From contig JBAYJE010000003.1 of the NCBI GenBank assembly GCA_041665265.1, positions 1,424 to 65,423 on the forward strand: DNA of 64,000 bases, written 5' to 3'. The notes beneath the pieces are model-generated. The model ran no database searches and was not told the DNA's origin. It was given only the letters and a program-made list of their open reading frames with translations. Source of the stretch: Minisyncoccota bacterium. Its GTDB lineage: Bacteria; Patescibacteriota; Minisyncoccia; UBA6257; GWB1-50-10. Shown here piece by piece: positions 8,399 through 17,489 of this stretch; position 1 is the stretch's first letter, and every line of letters starts with the position of its first letter. A program made the translations under genes and the position numbers.

Positions 8399-9166
8399 AT
8401 GAACATTGTTTTGACCGCGACTCAAGTTGAAAGAGAGTTAAAAAAACATGGAAATAAAACGAGAGCGAAATCCTCCGCGGGGTTTTTTAAAACAGAAAAA
8501 GGTGAGTATGGATATGGTGACGTATTTATCGGCGTCACTGTTCCCGAGCAGAGGAAGATTGCGAAGGGATGCAAGGAGCTTCCGCTTTCGGAAATAAAAA
8601 AACTTCTTGCGAGCAAATTCCATGAATGCCGTCTCACCGCGCTTCTCATTCTTGTTTCTCAATTCATAAGTGCAGATATACGTACGCGCGAGCGTATTGC
8701 AAAGTTTTATCTTGCAAATATAAAATACGTCAATAATTGGGACCTTGTAGATTCTTCCGCTCCTTATATTTTAGGAGAGCATCTCCTTAATACGAAGCGA
8801 GATATTCTCTACACGCTTGTGAAATCGAAGAATATTTGGGAGCGGCGTATCGCGATGCTCTCGACCTTCGCGTTCATACGAAACAACGAGTTCGCGGACA
8901 CTTTTTCCATCGCTGAACATTTACTCTCCGATACTCACGATCTTGTCCATAAGGCGACGGGATGGATGTTGCGCGAAGTAGGAAAGCATTCCCACTCAGC
9001 ACTCATACTGTTTCTCAAGATGCACGCTTCCCAAATGCCGCGCACTGCGTTGCGGTACGCAATAGAGCGTCTTTCAGAAAACGAAAGAAAGATGTTTCTG
9101 AACAAAAAAGATAATATTAAAATGCGCGAGGAGTTTTTCCCGCAACTTGAATACGTTTCAAAATAA
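8399..9166 (+). CDS. DNA alkylation repair protein (AlkD/AlkC-like HEAT-repeat glycosylase family)
   Basis: 'SAGFFKTEKGEYGYGDVFIGVTVPEQRKIAK' and 'KATGWMLREVG' match PF08713-type motifs. 255 aa. Confidence 0.7.
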   Translation: MNIVLTATQVERELKKHGNKTRAKSSAGFFKTEKGEYGYGDVFIGVTVPEQRKIAKGCKELPLSEIKKLLASKFHECRLTALLILVSQFISADIRTRERIAKFYLANIKYVNNWDLVDSSAPYILGEHLLNTKRDILYTLVKSKNIWERRIAMLSTFAFIRNNEFADTFSIAEHLLSDTHDLVHKATGWMLREVGKHSHSALILFLKMHASQMPRTALRYAIERLSENERKMFLNKKDNIKMREEFFPQLEYVSK

Positions 9167-9977
9167 GTTTTCCTTGGCGAACTTCCGCTTCTAAGAGCTT
9201 TGTGCGTTCCTTGTTACGAATAGTATAGACTCCAGGTTCCACACCTAATGCTCGAATTTTCTTATCAATTAATATTGCTTGTTCTGGATGTGTCCCAGAA
9301 AGAGCCTCTTCTAGATTTTTTTCATCAACAAATCCATCTTCGGTTTTGAATTTTGAGGTGAATGTGGCCTTTGATTCATCCTGTGGTTTTGCATCTTTAA
9401 TAGCTTTTTCAATAGTGGGAAATATTTTGATAAGCATTTCAGCACCAAGCCTCGCAAGTGCGTCATGAAGTGCGGGATAAGTAAGTGAGGTAAGCTCATA
9501 TGATTCAAGTATCTCTTCGGAAAGGATTGAGCCGTGGTCTACTTTTTCATCAACCATAAAGAGTGAAACACCCGTTTCTTTTTCATTCGAGAGAAGGGCG
9601 GATTGGATTGGTGTAGCACCACGAAAATGGGGGAGAAGAGAGGGATGAATGCCAATGGTGTGAAGGCGGGGAATGTCCAATATTCGCTTTGGAATAATGA
9701 GTCCATAAGCTGCGATGACAAAAAGGTCGTAGTTTCCAGCTTTTAATTGTTCTTCAATTTCTAATACCTTTTCTGGTTGCAGTATCTCAATCTGCTCACG
9801 AATATCTTCTTGCTGGTCAAGGATACTTTGTTTTGCAGGAGGGGGAGTGATGATCTTCTTTCTACCTACGGGACGATCAGGATTGCAGATAAGTGCTGCG
9901 GGTGGAAGTCCTGCACCAATAAGTCGTTCGAGAATAATGGCCGCGAATTCAGGCGTGCCGAAAAATGCGTATTTCAT
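9117..9977 (-). CDS. fmt: Methionyl-tRNA formyltransferase
   Basis: 'MKYAFFGTPEFAAIILERL' N-terminus and 'HPSLLPHFRGATPIQSALL'. It lies immediately downstream of def. Confidence 0.9.
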   Translation of the reverse strand: MKYAFFGTPEFAAIILERLIGAGLPPAALICNPDRPVGRKKIITPPPAKQSILDQQEDIREQIEILQPEKVLEIEEQLKAGNYDLFVIAAYGLIIPKRILDIPRLHTIGIHPSLLPHFRGATPIQSALLSNEKETGVSLFMVDEKVDHGSILSEEILESYELTSLTYPALHDALARLGAEMLIKIFPTIEKAIKDAKPQDESKATFTSKFKTEDGFVDEKNLEEALSGTHPEQAILIDKKIRALGVEPGVYTIRNKERTKLLEAEVRQGKLILKRIQVAGKTPRAF

Positions 9978-10493
9978 TTATTTCTTTGGAGGAAGTTTTT
10001 CTTTTGGTACAAGTTTAGTGAGCGTTTTTGCTTTATCAATAAAAAGCTTTCCATTTAAGTGATCGGTTTCGTGTTGGAACACTCGCGCGAGAAGTCCCCA
10101 CGCTTTAATTTTTATTTTCCGCTCGTGGATATCAAATCCCTCAAGGGTTACGCGATAGGCGCGCGGAGTAGGTCCGTATACTTCAGGAACACTAAGACAA
10201 CCCTCTTCAATTGTTATCATTTCACTTGAAATCTTAGTAAGTACGGGGTTGAAGATAGCATAAAATTTTTGACGGCCTTGTGTGTCAGGAACTTGCGCCA
10301 CAAAAAAGCATTCGTTGCGCCCTACCTGGTTTGCACTGAGTCCCACGCCGTTCGCTTTCTTCATTGTCTCACGCATTGTTTTTACAAGCAGGAGAAGTTC
10401 TTTCTTGTCATATTTTGAAAAATCAAAAGCCTCCGTTTTCTTTCTTAAAAATGCTTCATTTTCTTTTTTATGTATGGTGACTATTGGATTCAT
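9978..10493 (-). CDS. def: Peptide deformylase
   Basis: Motifs 'GVGLSANQVG', 'EGCLSVP' and 'HETDHLNG'. Confidence 0.9.
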   Translation of the reverse strand: MNPIVTIHKKENEAFLRKKTEAFDFSKYDKKELLLLVKTMRETMKKANGVGLSANQVGRNECFFVAQVPDTQGRQKFYAIFNPVLTKISSEMITIEEGCLSVPEVYGPTPRAYRVTLEGFDIHERKIKIKAWGLLARVFQHETDHLNGKLFIDKAKTLTKLVPKEKLPPKK

Positions 10494-10755
10494 GTAATTT
10501 ATTATCTTTGCTCAAGAGTACTCTCATAAAATAAGCGCCTTTCTTTTTTATATTTTTTGTTTCTGCAACTCGTTTTGCAATAGAAAGAAGATGATTTGCA
10601 TCAAATTGCTTTGCAAGTTTTATATAAAGACCCGCATGAGCATTATCTCCCAAAATTTCTGAGATAGTAAGACCGGTGAGTTGAAATTCCTGATAAATTT
10701 TACTCTTTGACCCTTTTTCTCTCAATGCTTTCACATAATTCTCATCGAACGGCAT
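10468..10755 (-). CDS. Hypothetical protein (95 aa), first gene of the def-fmt operon
   Basis: The ORF overlaps the def start by 26 nt. No known motifs. Confidence 0.4.
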   Translation of the reverse strand: MPFDENYVKALREKGSKSKIYQEFQLTGLTISEILGDNAHAGLYIKLAKQFDANHLLSIAKRVAETKNIKKKGAYFMRVLLSKDNKLHESNSHHT

Positions 10756-10792
10756 TGTTTCTATTCTATGGTATTATGAGAACGAAGAAAAG

Positions 10793-12070
10793 GTGATGTA
10801 CAAGAAGTCACCCTTCGTGATTAAATTAATTAACACAATGATAAAAAAATATTTAAAAAACGTCAGCATTATATTGCTCGCCCTCCTTATTTTTGGAGGA
10901 GTTGCATTAGGAAGTTATACTGTGGGGAAAAAGGTAGGAGTAGAACGTTCAATAGTAATTACTGATAGTAAACAGATTATCGACGCTGATTTTTCTCTTT
11001 TTTGGAACGCAATTGACCTTGCAAAACAGAAACAAGTGGATGCGGGCGGCATCAAAGATGAAAAGTTTCTTTATGGCGCGATTAAGGGAGCTCTTACGGC
11101 ATTTGAGGATCCTTATACTTCATTTTTTGAGCCATCAGATGCAAAGAAATTTGAACAAGATTTGAATGGTAGTTTTGGTGGCATTGGTGCACAGATTGGA
11201 ATGAGAGAGGAGCAAATAGTAGTTATCGCGCCGCTTAAGGGGAATCCTGCAGAGGCAGCGGGGTTGAAACCTATGGATAAGATTCTCAAAATAAATGACA
11301 CATTTACTGCAGGAATGAATGAGGAAGATGCAGTAAAAATAATTCGTGGAGATGTGGGTACGGAAGTGAGACTTCTCATTTTGCGTAATGGTTGGAAAGA
11401 TACGAAAGAATTTAAGATTACACGCGCAATTATCCAAGTGCCCACACTGGATACAGAGATGAAAACACTAAAGTCGGGCGATAAGGTGGTATGGATGAAA
11501 TTATATAATTTCAATTCAAATGTGCCTCCGCTTTTTCATACCGCAGCACTTCAGGCAATGACCGAGGGTGCTAAAGGAATAATTCTTGATATGCGCAATA
11601 ATCCTGGTGGATTTCTTGATGTTTCAACGGACCTTGCAGGATGGTTTCTTCCAAGAGGCTCGGTGGTGGTAAAAGAAAAGACTCGTTCTGGAGAGGAAAA
11701 ATCACTTTTTGCCTCGGGGAACGCGGCATTTGGTGATATTCCGGTGGTAGTACTTGTAAATAGTGGTTCTGCTTCCGCATCAGAGATTCTTGCGGGTGCC
11801 CTGCACGATATTCGTGGTGCAAAACTTGTAGGAGAAAAAACATTTGGAAAAGGAAGTGTTCAAGAGATACAAAATCTTCAAGGTGGAGCATCGATGAAAA
11901 TAACTATCGCACATTGGTTTACACCGAAGGGAACAAAAATTGATAAGGTGGGTTTAAGTCCCGATGTTGAGGTAAAACTTACCGACGTTGATGTAGAAAA
12001 AAAGACCGACCCACAATTAGACAAAGCACTCGAAGTTATAGAAAAAGAGCTTTCTCTAATAAAACAATAA
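10793..12070 (+). CDS. ctpA: Carboxy-terminal processing protease (S41 peptidase, CtpA-like)
   Basis: N-terminal TM, a PDZ region, and 'LDMRNNPGGFLD', 'GSASASEILAGAL', 'GEKTFGKGSVQ'. Confidence 0.85.
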   Translation: MMYKKSPFVIKLINTMIKKYLKNVSIILLALLIFGGVALGSYTVGKKVGVERSIVITDSKQIIDADFSLFWNAIDLAKQKQVDAGGIKDEKFLYGAIKGALTAFEDPYTSFFEPSDAKKFEQDLNGSFGGIGAQIGMREEQIVVIAPLKGNPAEAAGLKPMDKILKINDTFTAGMNEEDAVKIIRGDVGTEVRLLILRNGWKDTKEFKITRAIIQVPTLDTEMKTLKSGDKVVWMKLYNFNSNVPPLFHTAALQAMTEGAKGIILDMRNNPGGFLDVSTDLAGWFLPRGSVVVKEKTRSGEEKSLFASGNAAFGDIPVVVLVNSGSASASEILAGALHDIRGAKLVGEKTFGKGSVQEIQNLQGGASMKITIAHWFTPKGTKIDKVGLSPDVEVKLTDVDVEKKTDPQLDKALEVIEKELSLIKQ

Positions 12071-12076
12071 TTATAT

Positions 12077-12514
12077 ATGCAAGTCATTCTTCTAAAAGAT
12101 GTAAAAGGAATAGGAAAAAAAGGAGAAGTACGCAATGTAAATGATGGACACGCACGAAACTTTCTTCTTCCTAAGCAACTCGCGGTTATTGCAACCGAAA
12201 AATCAGTAGCACATATTGAGCGCACCAATAACGAGCAGCTTGAAGCTGAAAAAGAACGTGTAAAAAAATTGAAGGCACGAGCACAAGAACTCACGAAAAT
12301 AAAATTGCATTTTGTCTTGAAAGCAGGGGAGAAAGGAGAGATTTTCGGTTCTGTCTCCGCAAGGGATATTGAAAAGGAAATGCATCGTTTTGAAACGAAT
12401 GGGAAAGCGCTTCTTGAGCATCCCCTAAAAGCACTGGGCATTTTCCCCGTATCTATTGATATAGGAGAGGGTATTTGTACAACAATCACTGTCGAGATAA
12501 AGCCAGAAAAATAG
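12077..12514 (+). CDS. rplI: 50S ribosomal protein L9
   Basis: 'MQVILLKDVKGIGKKGEVRNVNDGHARNFLLPKQLA'. Confidence 0.9.
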   Translation: MQVILLKDVKGIGKKGEVRNVNDGHARNFLLPKQLAVIATEKSVAHIERTNNEQLEAEKERVKKLKARAQELTKIKLHFVLKAGEKGEIFGSVSARDIEKEMHRFETNGKALLEHPLKALGIFPVSIDIGEGICTTITVEIKPEK

Positions 12515-12518
12515 AAAC

Positions 12519-12548
12519 AAAAAATCCCGCTACTCGCGGGATTTTGAT
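12519..12548 (+). terminator. Intrinsic terminator after rplI
   Basis: AAAATCCCGC-tact-GCGGGATTTT followed by a T-run. Confidence 0.7.
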
Positions 12549-12589
12549 TTAGACACAAACAATCCTTCATTTATATATGATAAGTATTA

Positions 12590-12617
12590 TTGACAAATAG
12601 TTAAATTATAGTATAAT
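12590..12617 (+). promoter_or_regulatory. Consensus sigma70 promoter (TTGACA-16-TATAAT)
   Basis: TTGACA at 12590-12595 and TATAAT at 12612-12617. It is upstream of the 12689 gene. Confidence 0.6.
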
Positions 12618-12688
12618 GTTTCTAGTTCGTTCCAATGAGGACTTTTGTTCCTCTCATCAATTCATCAATTAATAGATAGGAGATATTT

Positions 12689-13345
12689 ATGAAACGTTCC
12701 TTTGTTGTTTTAATGGCTTTCCTTGTCATTCTTTCGACAGGTTTGGTATTTGCTCAAAAGTCTGCTGTTCGTTCGGATTCAAGTATTTCACAGGCTATGA
12801 CGCCGGAAGAAGCAAAGAAAATTCGCGAAAGTGTTATTGCACTTGGTGAGCTCTTTGGTGTGAATCAGAATTCACAGCAGCAGAATCAACAGCCGGTTCA
12901 GCAGCAAAATCAACAACAAGGCTCCGGTAAGACCGTTGCCGATGTTGCCGACAAGGCTTTAGATCTTCTTGCAAAGGGAATTACCACCATCGCGGAGAAT
13001 CTTGAAAAGACGGCGCCGTTTGTTTGGAAGGTAATGATCAAACAGCAGTATGCAAATGCCATCGCAAATCTGATCGTACCATGGAGTTTATTCTTCGGAG
13101 TAGTGACCTATATGTCTATTAGCCGAAAAATGTTTAAGAAGAGTGATCGTGAAATTGATGGAAAAATTGATTGGGACAGTGGTCGTGTTTGGGTTGTTTC
13201 TGCTATTCCAACAATTCTTTTAATTATTTTTGGCACCTGGGGATTCAATCGGCTCTCTGATTCGATTCAACTCCTCATCAATCCAGAATATTATGCGATT
13301 CGCGATCTTTTGCGCATGATTATGTCAGGTGGAAAGACATTCTAA
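12689..13345 (+). CDS. Hypothetical secreted/membrane protein with a Q-rich linker and 2 C-terminal TM helices
   Basis: Signal peptide 'MKRSFVVLMAFLVILSTGLVFA', a 'QQQNQQPVQQQNQQQ' tract, and two hydrophobic helices. Confidence 0.55.
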   Translation: MKRSFVVLMAFLVILSTGLVFAQKSAVRSDSSISQAMTPEEAKKIRESVIALGELFGVNQNSQQQNQQPVQQQNQQQGSGKTVADVADKALDLLAKGITTIAENLEKTAPFVWKVMIKQQYANAIANLIVPWSLFFGVVTYMSISRKMFKKSDREIDGKIDWDSGRVWVVSAIPTILLIIFGTWGFNRLSDSIQLLINPEYYAIRDLLRMIMSGGKTF

Positions 13346-13364
13346 AGTTCGTGCTACAAAGTTT

Positions 13365-13392
13365 GCCAGTTTCTTTTGAAACTGGCTTTTTA
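13365..13392 (+). terminator. Intrinsic terminator
   Basis: GCCAGTTTC-ttttg-GAAACTGGC plus TTTTT. Confidence 0.7.
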
Positions 13393-13398
13393 TTACAC

Positions 13399-13429
13399 AA
13401 AAAAATCCACCCATAAGGGGTGGATTTTA
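13399..13429 (-). terminator. Intrinsic terminator of rpmA (it reads as a hairpin plus U-run on the minus strand)
   Basis: ATCCACCC-ataa-GGGGTGGAT with a flanking A/T run. Confidence 0.65.
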
Positions 13430-13430
13430 C

Positions 13431-13703
13431 TTAGACAATATTTACGACTCGAACGAACTTCCGCGATCCATCAAAATGCACACGTTTCTTTGTAGAATAT
13501 TTGATGACACCTTCTTTTTTTGCATAGAGTGTGTCGTCGCCACCACGAAGTACATTGGTGCCAGGGTAGAACTTTGTTCCACGCTGACGGATGATGACTT
13601 CTCCTGGAGCAACTTTCTCACCATCAAAAAGCTTGACGCCAAGTCGTTTCGATTCTGATTCTCGCCCTAATTTAGTAGAGCCTTTCGCTTTGGTATGTGC
13701 CAT
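13431..13703 (-). CDS. rpmA: 50S ribosomal protein L27
   Basis: '[51 protein letters not shown]'. Confidence 0.9.
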   Translation of the reverse strand: MAHTKAKGSTKLGRESESKRLGVKLFDGEKVAPGEVIIRQRGTKFYPGTNVLRGGDDTLYAKKEGVIKYSTKKRVHFDGSRKFVRVVNIV

Positions 13704-13984
13704 GGTTCTTATGAATACCGCCCTTTTGGCGGTTCACTAATACCCCTGTATAATAAGTGAAACAAGGTAATAATGTCAATCGTTCTTGCGCGAATTGTGG
13801 TGTGGATAAGAGAGCATCAAAAAGCTATTTTCTTCTGGTTCCTTCTTTTCTTGGTGGGAAGTCTTGGATTTGCGGTTGGGTATCTTATGGCACATGGAGA
13901 GATAAGGGCTCCTATAATCATTGAAAAATGTTCAAAATAGGGATATTGTGATTTCAGCAATCCACCAAAAAATGAGGAGGGTGT

Positions 13985-14197
13985 ATGGTACAAAAAAGGC
14001 AGTGGCGTGTAAGAAATATCATCATAATGGTATGTATTGCCATTGTTTCCCTTGTGTTTCTTCTCAGTGAAAATCCGTGGGCAGTTCTGCTTTCCATATT
14101 CCTATATTTTCTGGTTTTTGCTTTTGCGGGAGCATTCGTATGGAGCCTCAGCAAAACAAAATTGGGGAATGGATATCGTGGCATGTTCAAGGATTGA
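13985..14197 (+). CDS. Small membrane protein (2 TM, 70 aa)
   Basis: There is a strong RBS, GAGGAGGG, 5 nt upstream of the ATG. Two hydrophobic helices. Confidence 0.45.
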   Translation: MVQKRQWRVRNIIIMVCIAIVSLVFLLSENPWAVLLSIFLYFLVFAFAGAFVWSLSKTKLGNGYRGMFKD

Positions 14198-14284
14198 TAC
14201 CGGAGATTTATCTAAAGCCGCAGCAATGCGGCTTTCTATTTGAAAATATTTGAATAATTTGTATACTAGAGAGGCATTTATATA

Positions 14285-14369
14285 TGCGCGGGTGGCGAAA
14301 CTGGCAGACGCACTACCTTGAGGTGGTAGCACCCGTAAGGGTATGCAGGTTCAACTCCTGTCCCGCGCA
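14285..14369 (+). tRNA. tRNA-Leu (anticodon GAG), long variable arm, no encoded CCA
   Basis: GCGCGGG-TG-GCGAAACTGGCAGACGC-ACTACC-TTGAGGT-GGTAG-CACCCGTAAGGGTATG-CAGGTTCAACTCCTG-TCCCGCGC-A. Confidence 0.85.
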
Positions 14370-14573
14370 CTAATATCAAAAGGACGTTCAACAACGTCTT
14401 TTTTGATATCCATGTTAGGAGGAGTTGAACCGTAGGCCGAAGACCTCGAAGAGAGGGCGTAGGTCTCGAACATAGCAATGTGAGAGGAAACTCCTGTCCC
14501 GCGCACTAATATCAAAAGGACGTTCAACAACGTCTTTTTTGATATCCATGTTAGGAGGAGTTGAACCGTAGGC
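14353..14573. repeat. Tandem 85-bp direct repeat (copy 1 at 14353-14437, copy 2 at 14489-14573). Each copy holds the last ~17 nt of tRNA-Leu, a terminator hairpin and an inverted T-arm fragment.
   Basis: 'aactcctgtcccgcgcactaatatcaaaaggacgttcaacaacgtcttttttgatatccatgttaggaggagttgaaccgtaggc' occurs twice, 136 bp apart. The 51-bp spacer has its own hairpin (AGACCTC...AGGTCT). Confidence 0.8.
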
Positions 14574-14736
14574 TCCCTGTTTTCTTAGCAAGCGAAGCGA
14601 GTTTAGAAAACAGCAGTGTCGCATGCCATGCGGCCCGTAAGTCACGAACAAAGAGGAGATTGACAAATACTATATAATATGATACCATGTAGTAGTTCAT
14701 TAGCACCCCACAATTTAATAATAAGGAAGGAAATTC

Positions 14737-15078
14737 ATGAAAAAAATCATGATAGTTGTAGGAATAATTCTTCTTTCATTCTTCGGAACTAAACATTTCG
14801 AAATGAGTGAGAAGATTGCTCCGCTTGAAGAACAGTTCGTTGTCACTGCTGAACAATTTGAAGGATCGAAGGAATTAGCAATAAAAGGGTCTGCGGTGTA
14901 TGAAGGAAAACTTGATCGAATTGTAGATGTAAGAAACCGTCTCTTACGCGAAAACAAGTACTTGAAGATGGGTGGATGGGTTGTCCGAGGCGGACGACCA
15001 GAAACAGTTGTTGTTTGCATCTATGCCGGATTCCTTCCAGAAAAGTGGTATGACACAATAGCGTCATATAATATGTAG
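14737..15078 (+). CDS. Hypothetical secreted protein (113 aa)
   Basis: N-terminal signal/TM 'MKKIMIVVGIILLSFFG'. It is followed by a terminator. Confidence 0.5.
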   Translation: MKKIMIVVGIILLSFFGTKHFEMSEKIAPLEEQFVVTAEQFEGSKELAIKGSAVYEGKLDRIVDVRNRLLRENKYLKMGGWVVRGGRPETVVVCIYAGFLPEKWYDTIASYNM

Positions 15079-15083
15079 TTATA

Positions 15084-15114
15084 TAAGCGGCTCAATGAGT
15101 CGCTTTTTTTTTTG
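15084..15114 (+). terminator. Intrinsic terminator
   Basis: AGCGGCTC-aat-GAGTCGCT plus T10. Confidence 0.65.
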
Positions 15115-15154
15115 CCTTTAAAAGGCTGGTGGCACAGGGTATAATGGAATAACT

Positions 15155-15499
15155 ATGGCAGTTGCGACATTTTTAAAACAAAAAACGTTGGTAACGCTTA
15201 TTATCATAAGTGTATTATTTATGATTGTGTCGCTTGCCCTTGTTGCGATGAATTATGGAGCCATTACACAAAACATAGTTCTTCATTTTGATGCATTTCA
15301 GGGTGTCGACCTCTTTGGTTCAAAGGCAAACCTATGGGGTGTGTGGGTTTTAGGACTCATGATGATGATGGTGAATGGCATTCTTTGTTATGAATTTTAT
15401 AATCGCGAGCGCTTTTTTTCATATCTTTTCATTATGGGAAATGTACTCATTAGTATGCTTGTGCTTATTATAGATGCGGTACTTATCTCAATTAATTAA
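15155..15499 (+). CDS. Hypothetical polytopic small membrane protein
   Basis: 114 aa with 3-4 hydrophobic helices. Confidence 0.5.
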   Translation: MAVATFLKQKTLVTLIIISVLFMIVSLALVAMNYGAITQNIVLHFDAFQGVDLFGSKANLWGVWVLGLMMMMVNGILCYEFYNRERFFSYLFIMGNVLISMLVLIIDAVLISIN

Positions 15500-15502
15500 T
15501 TT

Positions 15503-16588
15503 ATGAATACTTTCTTTAGTGTATTTCTCGGCATTATCCTCGCAATAGTTATTGGGGGATTTGTTGTGCTCTTTCGAATGATGAAAAAGAATAGAACGCC
15601 AGCCGAAGATGCACAATCATTGCTTCTCCTTCAAAATCAGATGCAAACGCAGTTTCAGGAATTAAGGCGCTCTGTTGAGCGAGGATTCGGTGATTCGGTG
15701 CAGTTTATGCAACATCAAACGAGTGCATCTCAACAGATTATTCGTGATGTAACTGAGCGTCTTACGAAGCTTGATGAAACAAATCGCCAAGTAGTTAATT
15801 TTGCAGACCAACTTCAGTCATTGCAGGATATTCTAAAAAATCCTAAACAACGTGGTATTTTGGGAGAATTTTATTTAGAGACACTTTTGAAAAATGTCTT
15901 GCCTCCAGGAAGTTATGAGGTGCAATATCACATGGGAAGAGATGAAAATACAGAAAAAGACCTTATTGTTGATGCGGTCGTATTTGTGAAGGACAAGATT
16001 ATTCCAATTGATTCAAAATTTTCTCTTGAAAACTATAATCGTCTTGCAGAGGAAAAAGATCCAGTAGAGCGAGAAAAATTGGAGAAATTATTTAAGAACG
16101 ATCTTAAAAATCGAATTGATGAGACGGCAAAATATGTACAACCTTCAAAAGGAACCATGGATTTTGCATTTATGTTTATTCCCCATGAAGCAATTTATTA
16201 TGATCTTTTGGTGGCCCAGGTGGGTGCAGTGAAGGTGAATACTCGGGATTTAATTGAATACGCATTTAAGGAAAAACACGTGATCATTGTCTCTCCAACC
16301 TCATTTCTTGCATATCTTCAGACGGTATTGCAAGGACTTAAAGCACTTCAAATTGAGGAGTCTGCAAAAGATATTATTAAACGTGTGGAAGAACTTGGAA
16401 AACATGTTGCGAGTTATGAGTCGTGGGTTCAAAAATTGGGAAACAATCTCGATACTACTGTAAAATCATATAATGCGGCATATAAAGAATTGGGGAAGAT
16501 TGACAAAGACGTGATGCGCATCACAAAAGGTGAGATAGTAATTGAGCCGATGGTACTTGAGTCACCAACGCATCGAGAGATGGAATAA
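15503..16588 (+). CDS. rmuC: DNA recombination protein RmuC
   Basis: N-terminal TM, a coiled coil, and the conserved 'LIVDAVVFVKDKIIPIDSKFSLENY' (the IPIDAKFPLE-type motif). Confidence 0.75.
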   Translation: MNTFFSVFLGIILAIVIGGFVVLFRMMKKNRTPAEDAQSLLLLQNQMQTQFQELRRSVERGFGDSVQFMQHQTSASQQIIRDVTERLTKLDETNRQVVNFADQLQSLQDILKNPKQRGILGEFYLETLLKNVLPPGSYEVQYHMGRDENTEKDLIVDAVVFVKDKIIPIDSKFSLENYNRLAEEKDPVEREKLEKLFKNDLKNRIDETAKYVQPSKGTMDFAFMFIPHEAIYYDLLVAQVGAVKVNTRDLIEYAFKEKHVIIVSPTSFLAYLQTVLQGLKALQIEESAKDIIKRVEELGKHVASYESWVQKLGNNLDTTVKSYNAAYKELGKIDKDVMRITKGEIVIEPMVLESPTHREME

Positions 16589-16589
16589 G

Positions 16590-17489
16590 ATGGAAATAGA
16601 GATAAAGAATCTTTTTACGTTTTACGACGTCCTTGGGCGCCCTCTTACGCTTATTGAAATTTTTATTCATCTTCCGAGTTTGAAGCAAAATATACAAGAG
16701 ACGCGGAGAATACTTTCAAAACTAATTCGTGAAAAAATTGTAATAGAAGAAGACGGGTTTTATAGATTGAGGGGAGCCTCATACGATAGCATGTCACGAA
16801 GGAAGCAGGATTTATTAGGTGATATGAAGTGGAAGAAGCTCGTAAAACTTTCTCGATGGTTTCGGTATGTTCCATTTGTCCAATTTGTGGTTGCGAGTGG
16901 TTCTCTTGCGTTTGGCAACGTGAATGCGCGTTCCGATTTCGATGTAGTAGTCGGAGTGTCTAGCGGAAGAATGTTTACTGCGCGCTATTTTCTTCTTGCT
17001 CTTTTTTCACTTTTGCACGGAAGACGAATGGATGATGCGCATGAAAGTAGCCCTGATAAGCTCTGTTTCAATCATTTTGTTACTCCAGATACCTACGAAA
17101 AATTACCCCACAATACATATCGACTCCAACTGTATCGAAACACGATTCCTCTTTGGGGCGATGAAAATGCATTGCAAGATTTTATTACACAAAACGTGTG
17201 GGCAGACCTTCCTCAAAATAGTGTTTATGATACACACAGAAATAAGCTCGCACCAAGTAATGTAAAAATAATTTTAGAAAAACTCTTAAAAGGCTCTTTA
17301 GGAGAATTTGTTGAGCAAAAGATAATGCGTCCGATTGCAATGAAGCGACTTGAGAAATATATTGCAAATAAAGAAAATAACGGCCGAGTGGTCGTAAGCG
17401 ATAAGGAACTCGAGTTCCATTTTAACCTTAATTACGAGAAACGTTTTTCCGATACTGCTACTTCTTTATCTTGTGAGGATTGTGGTTAA
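16590..17489 (+). CDS. Winged-helix plus minimal nucleotidyltransferase (Pol-beta superfamily) domain protein
   Basis: 'GSLAFGNVNARSDFDVVV' is a GS-x10-DxD nucleotidyltransferase signature. The 3' end overlaps the convergent topA by 32 nt. Confidence 0.5.
   Translation: MEIEIKNLFTFYDVLGRPLTLIEIFIHLPSLKQNIQETRRILSKLIREKIVIEEDGFYRLRGASYDSMSRRKQDLLGDMKWKKLVKLSRWFRYVPFVQFVVASGSLAFGNVNARSDFDVVVGVSSGRMFTARYFLLALFSLLHGRRMDDAHESSPDKLCFNHFVTPDTYEKLPHNTYRLQLYRNTIPLWGDENALQDFITQNVWADLPQNSVYDTHRNKLAPSNVKIILEKLLKGSLGEFVEQKIMRPIAMKRLEKYIANKENNGRVVVSDKELEFHFNLNYEKRFSDTATSLSCEDCG

Noticed and set aside
14353-14573. The 85-bp direct repeat could be mistaken for a CRISPR array
   Set aside because: There are only two copies, each repeat contains a tRNA-Leu 3' fragment and a terminator hairpin, the repeat is far longer than a CRISPR repeat, and no cas genes are nearby. 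I read it as a tRNA/att duplication instead.
14278-14666. Several 60-80-aa ORFs on the minus strand (14278-14478, 14415-14666)
   Set aside because: They overlap tRNA-Leu and the tandem repeat or hairpin region, and they have no RBS and a poor composition.
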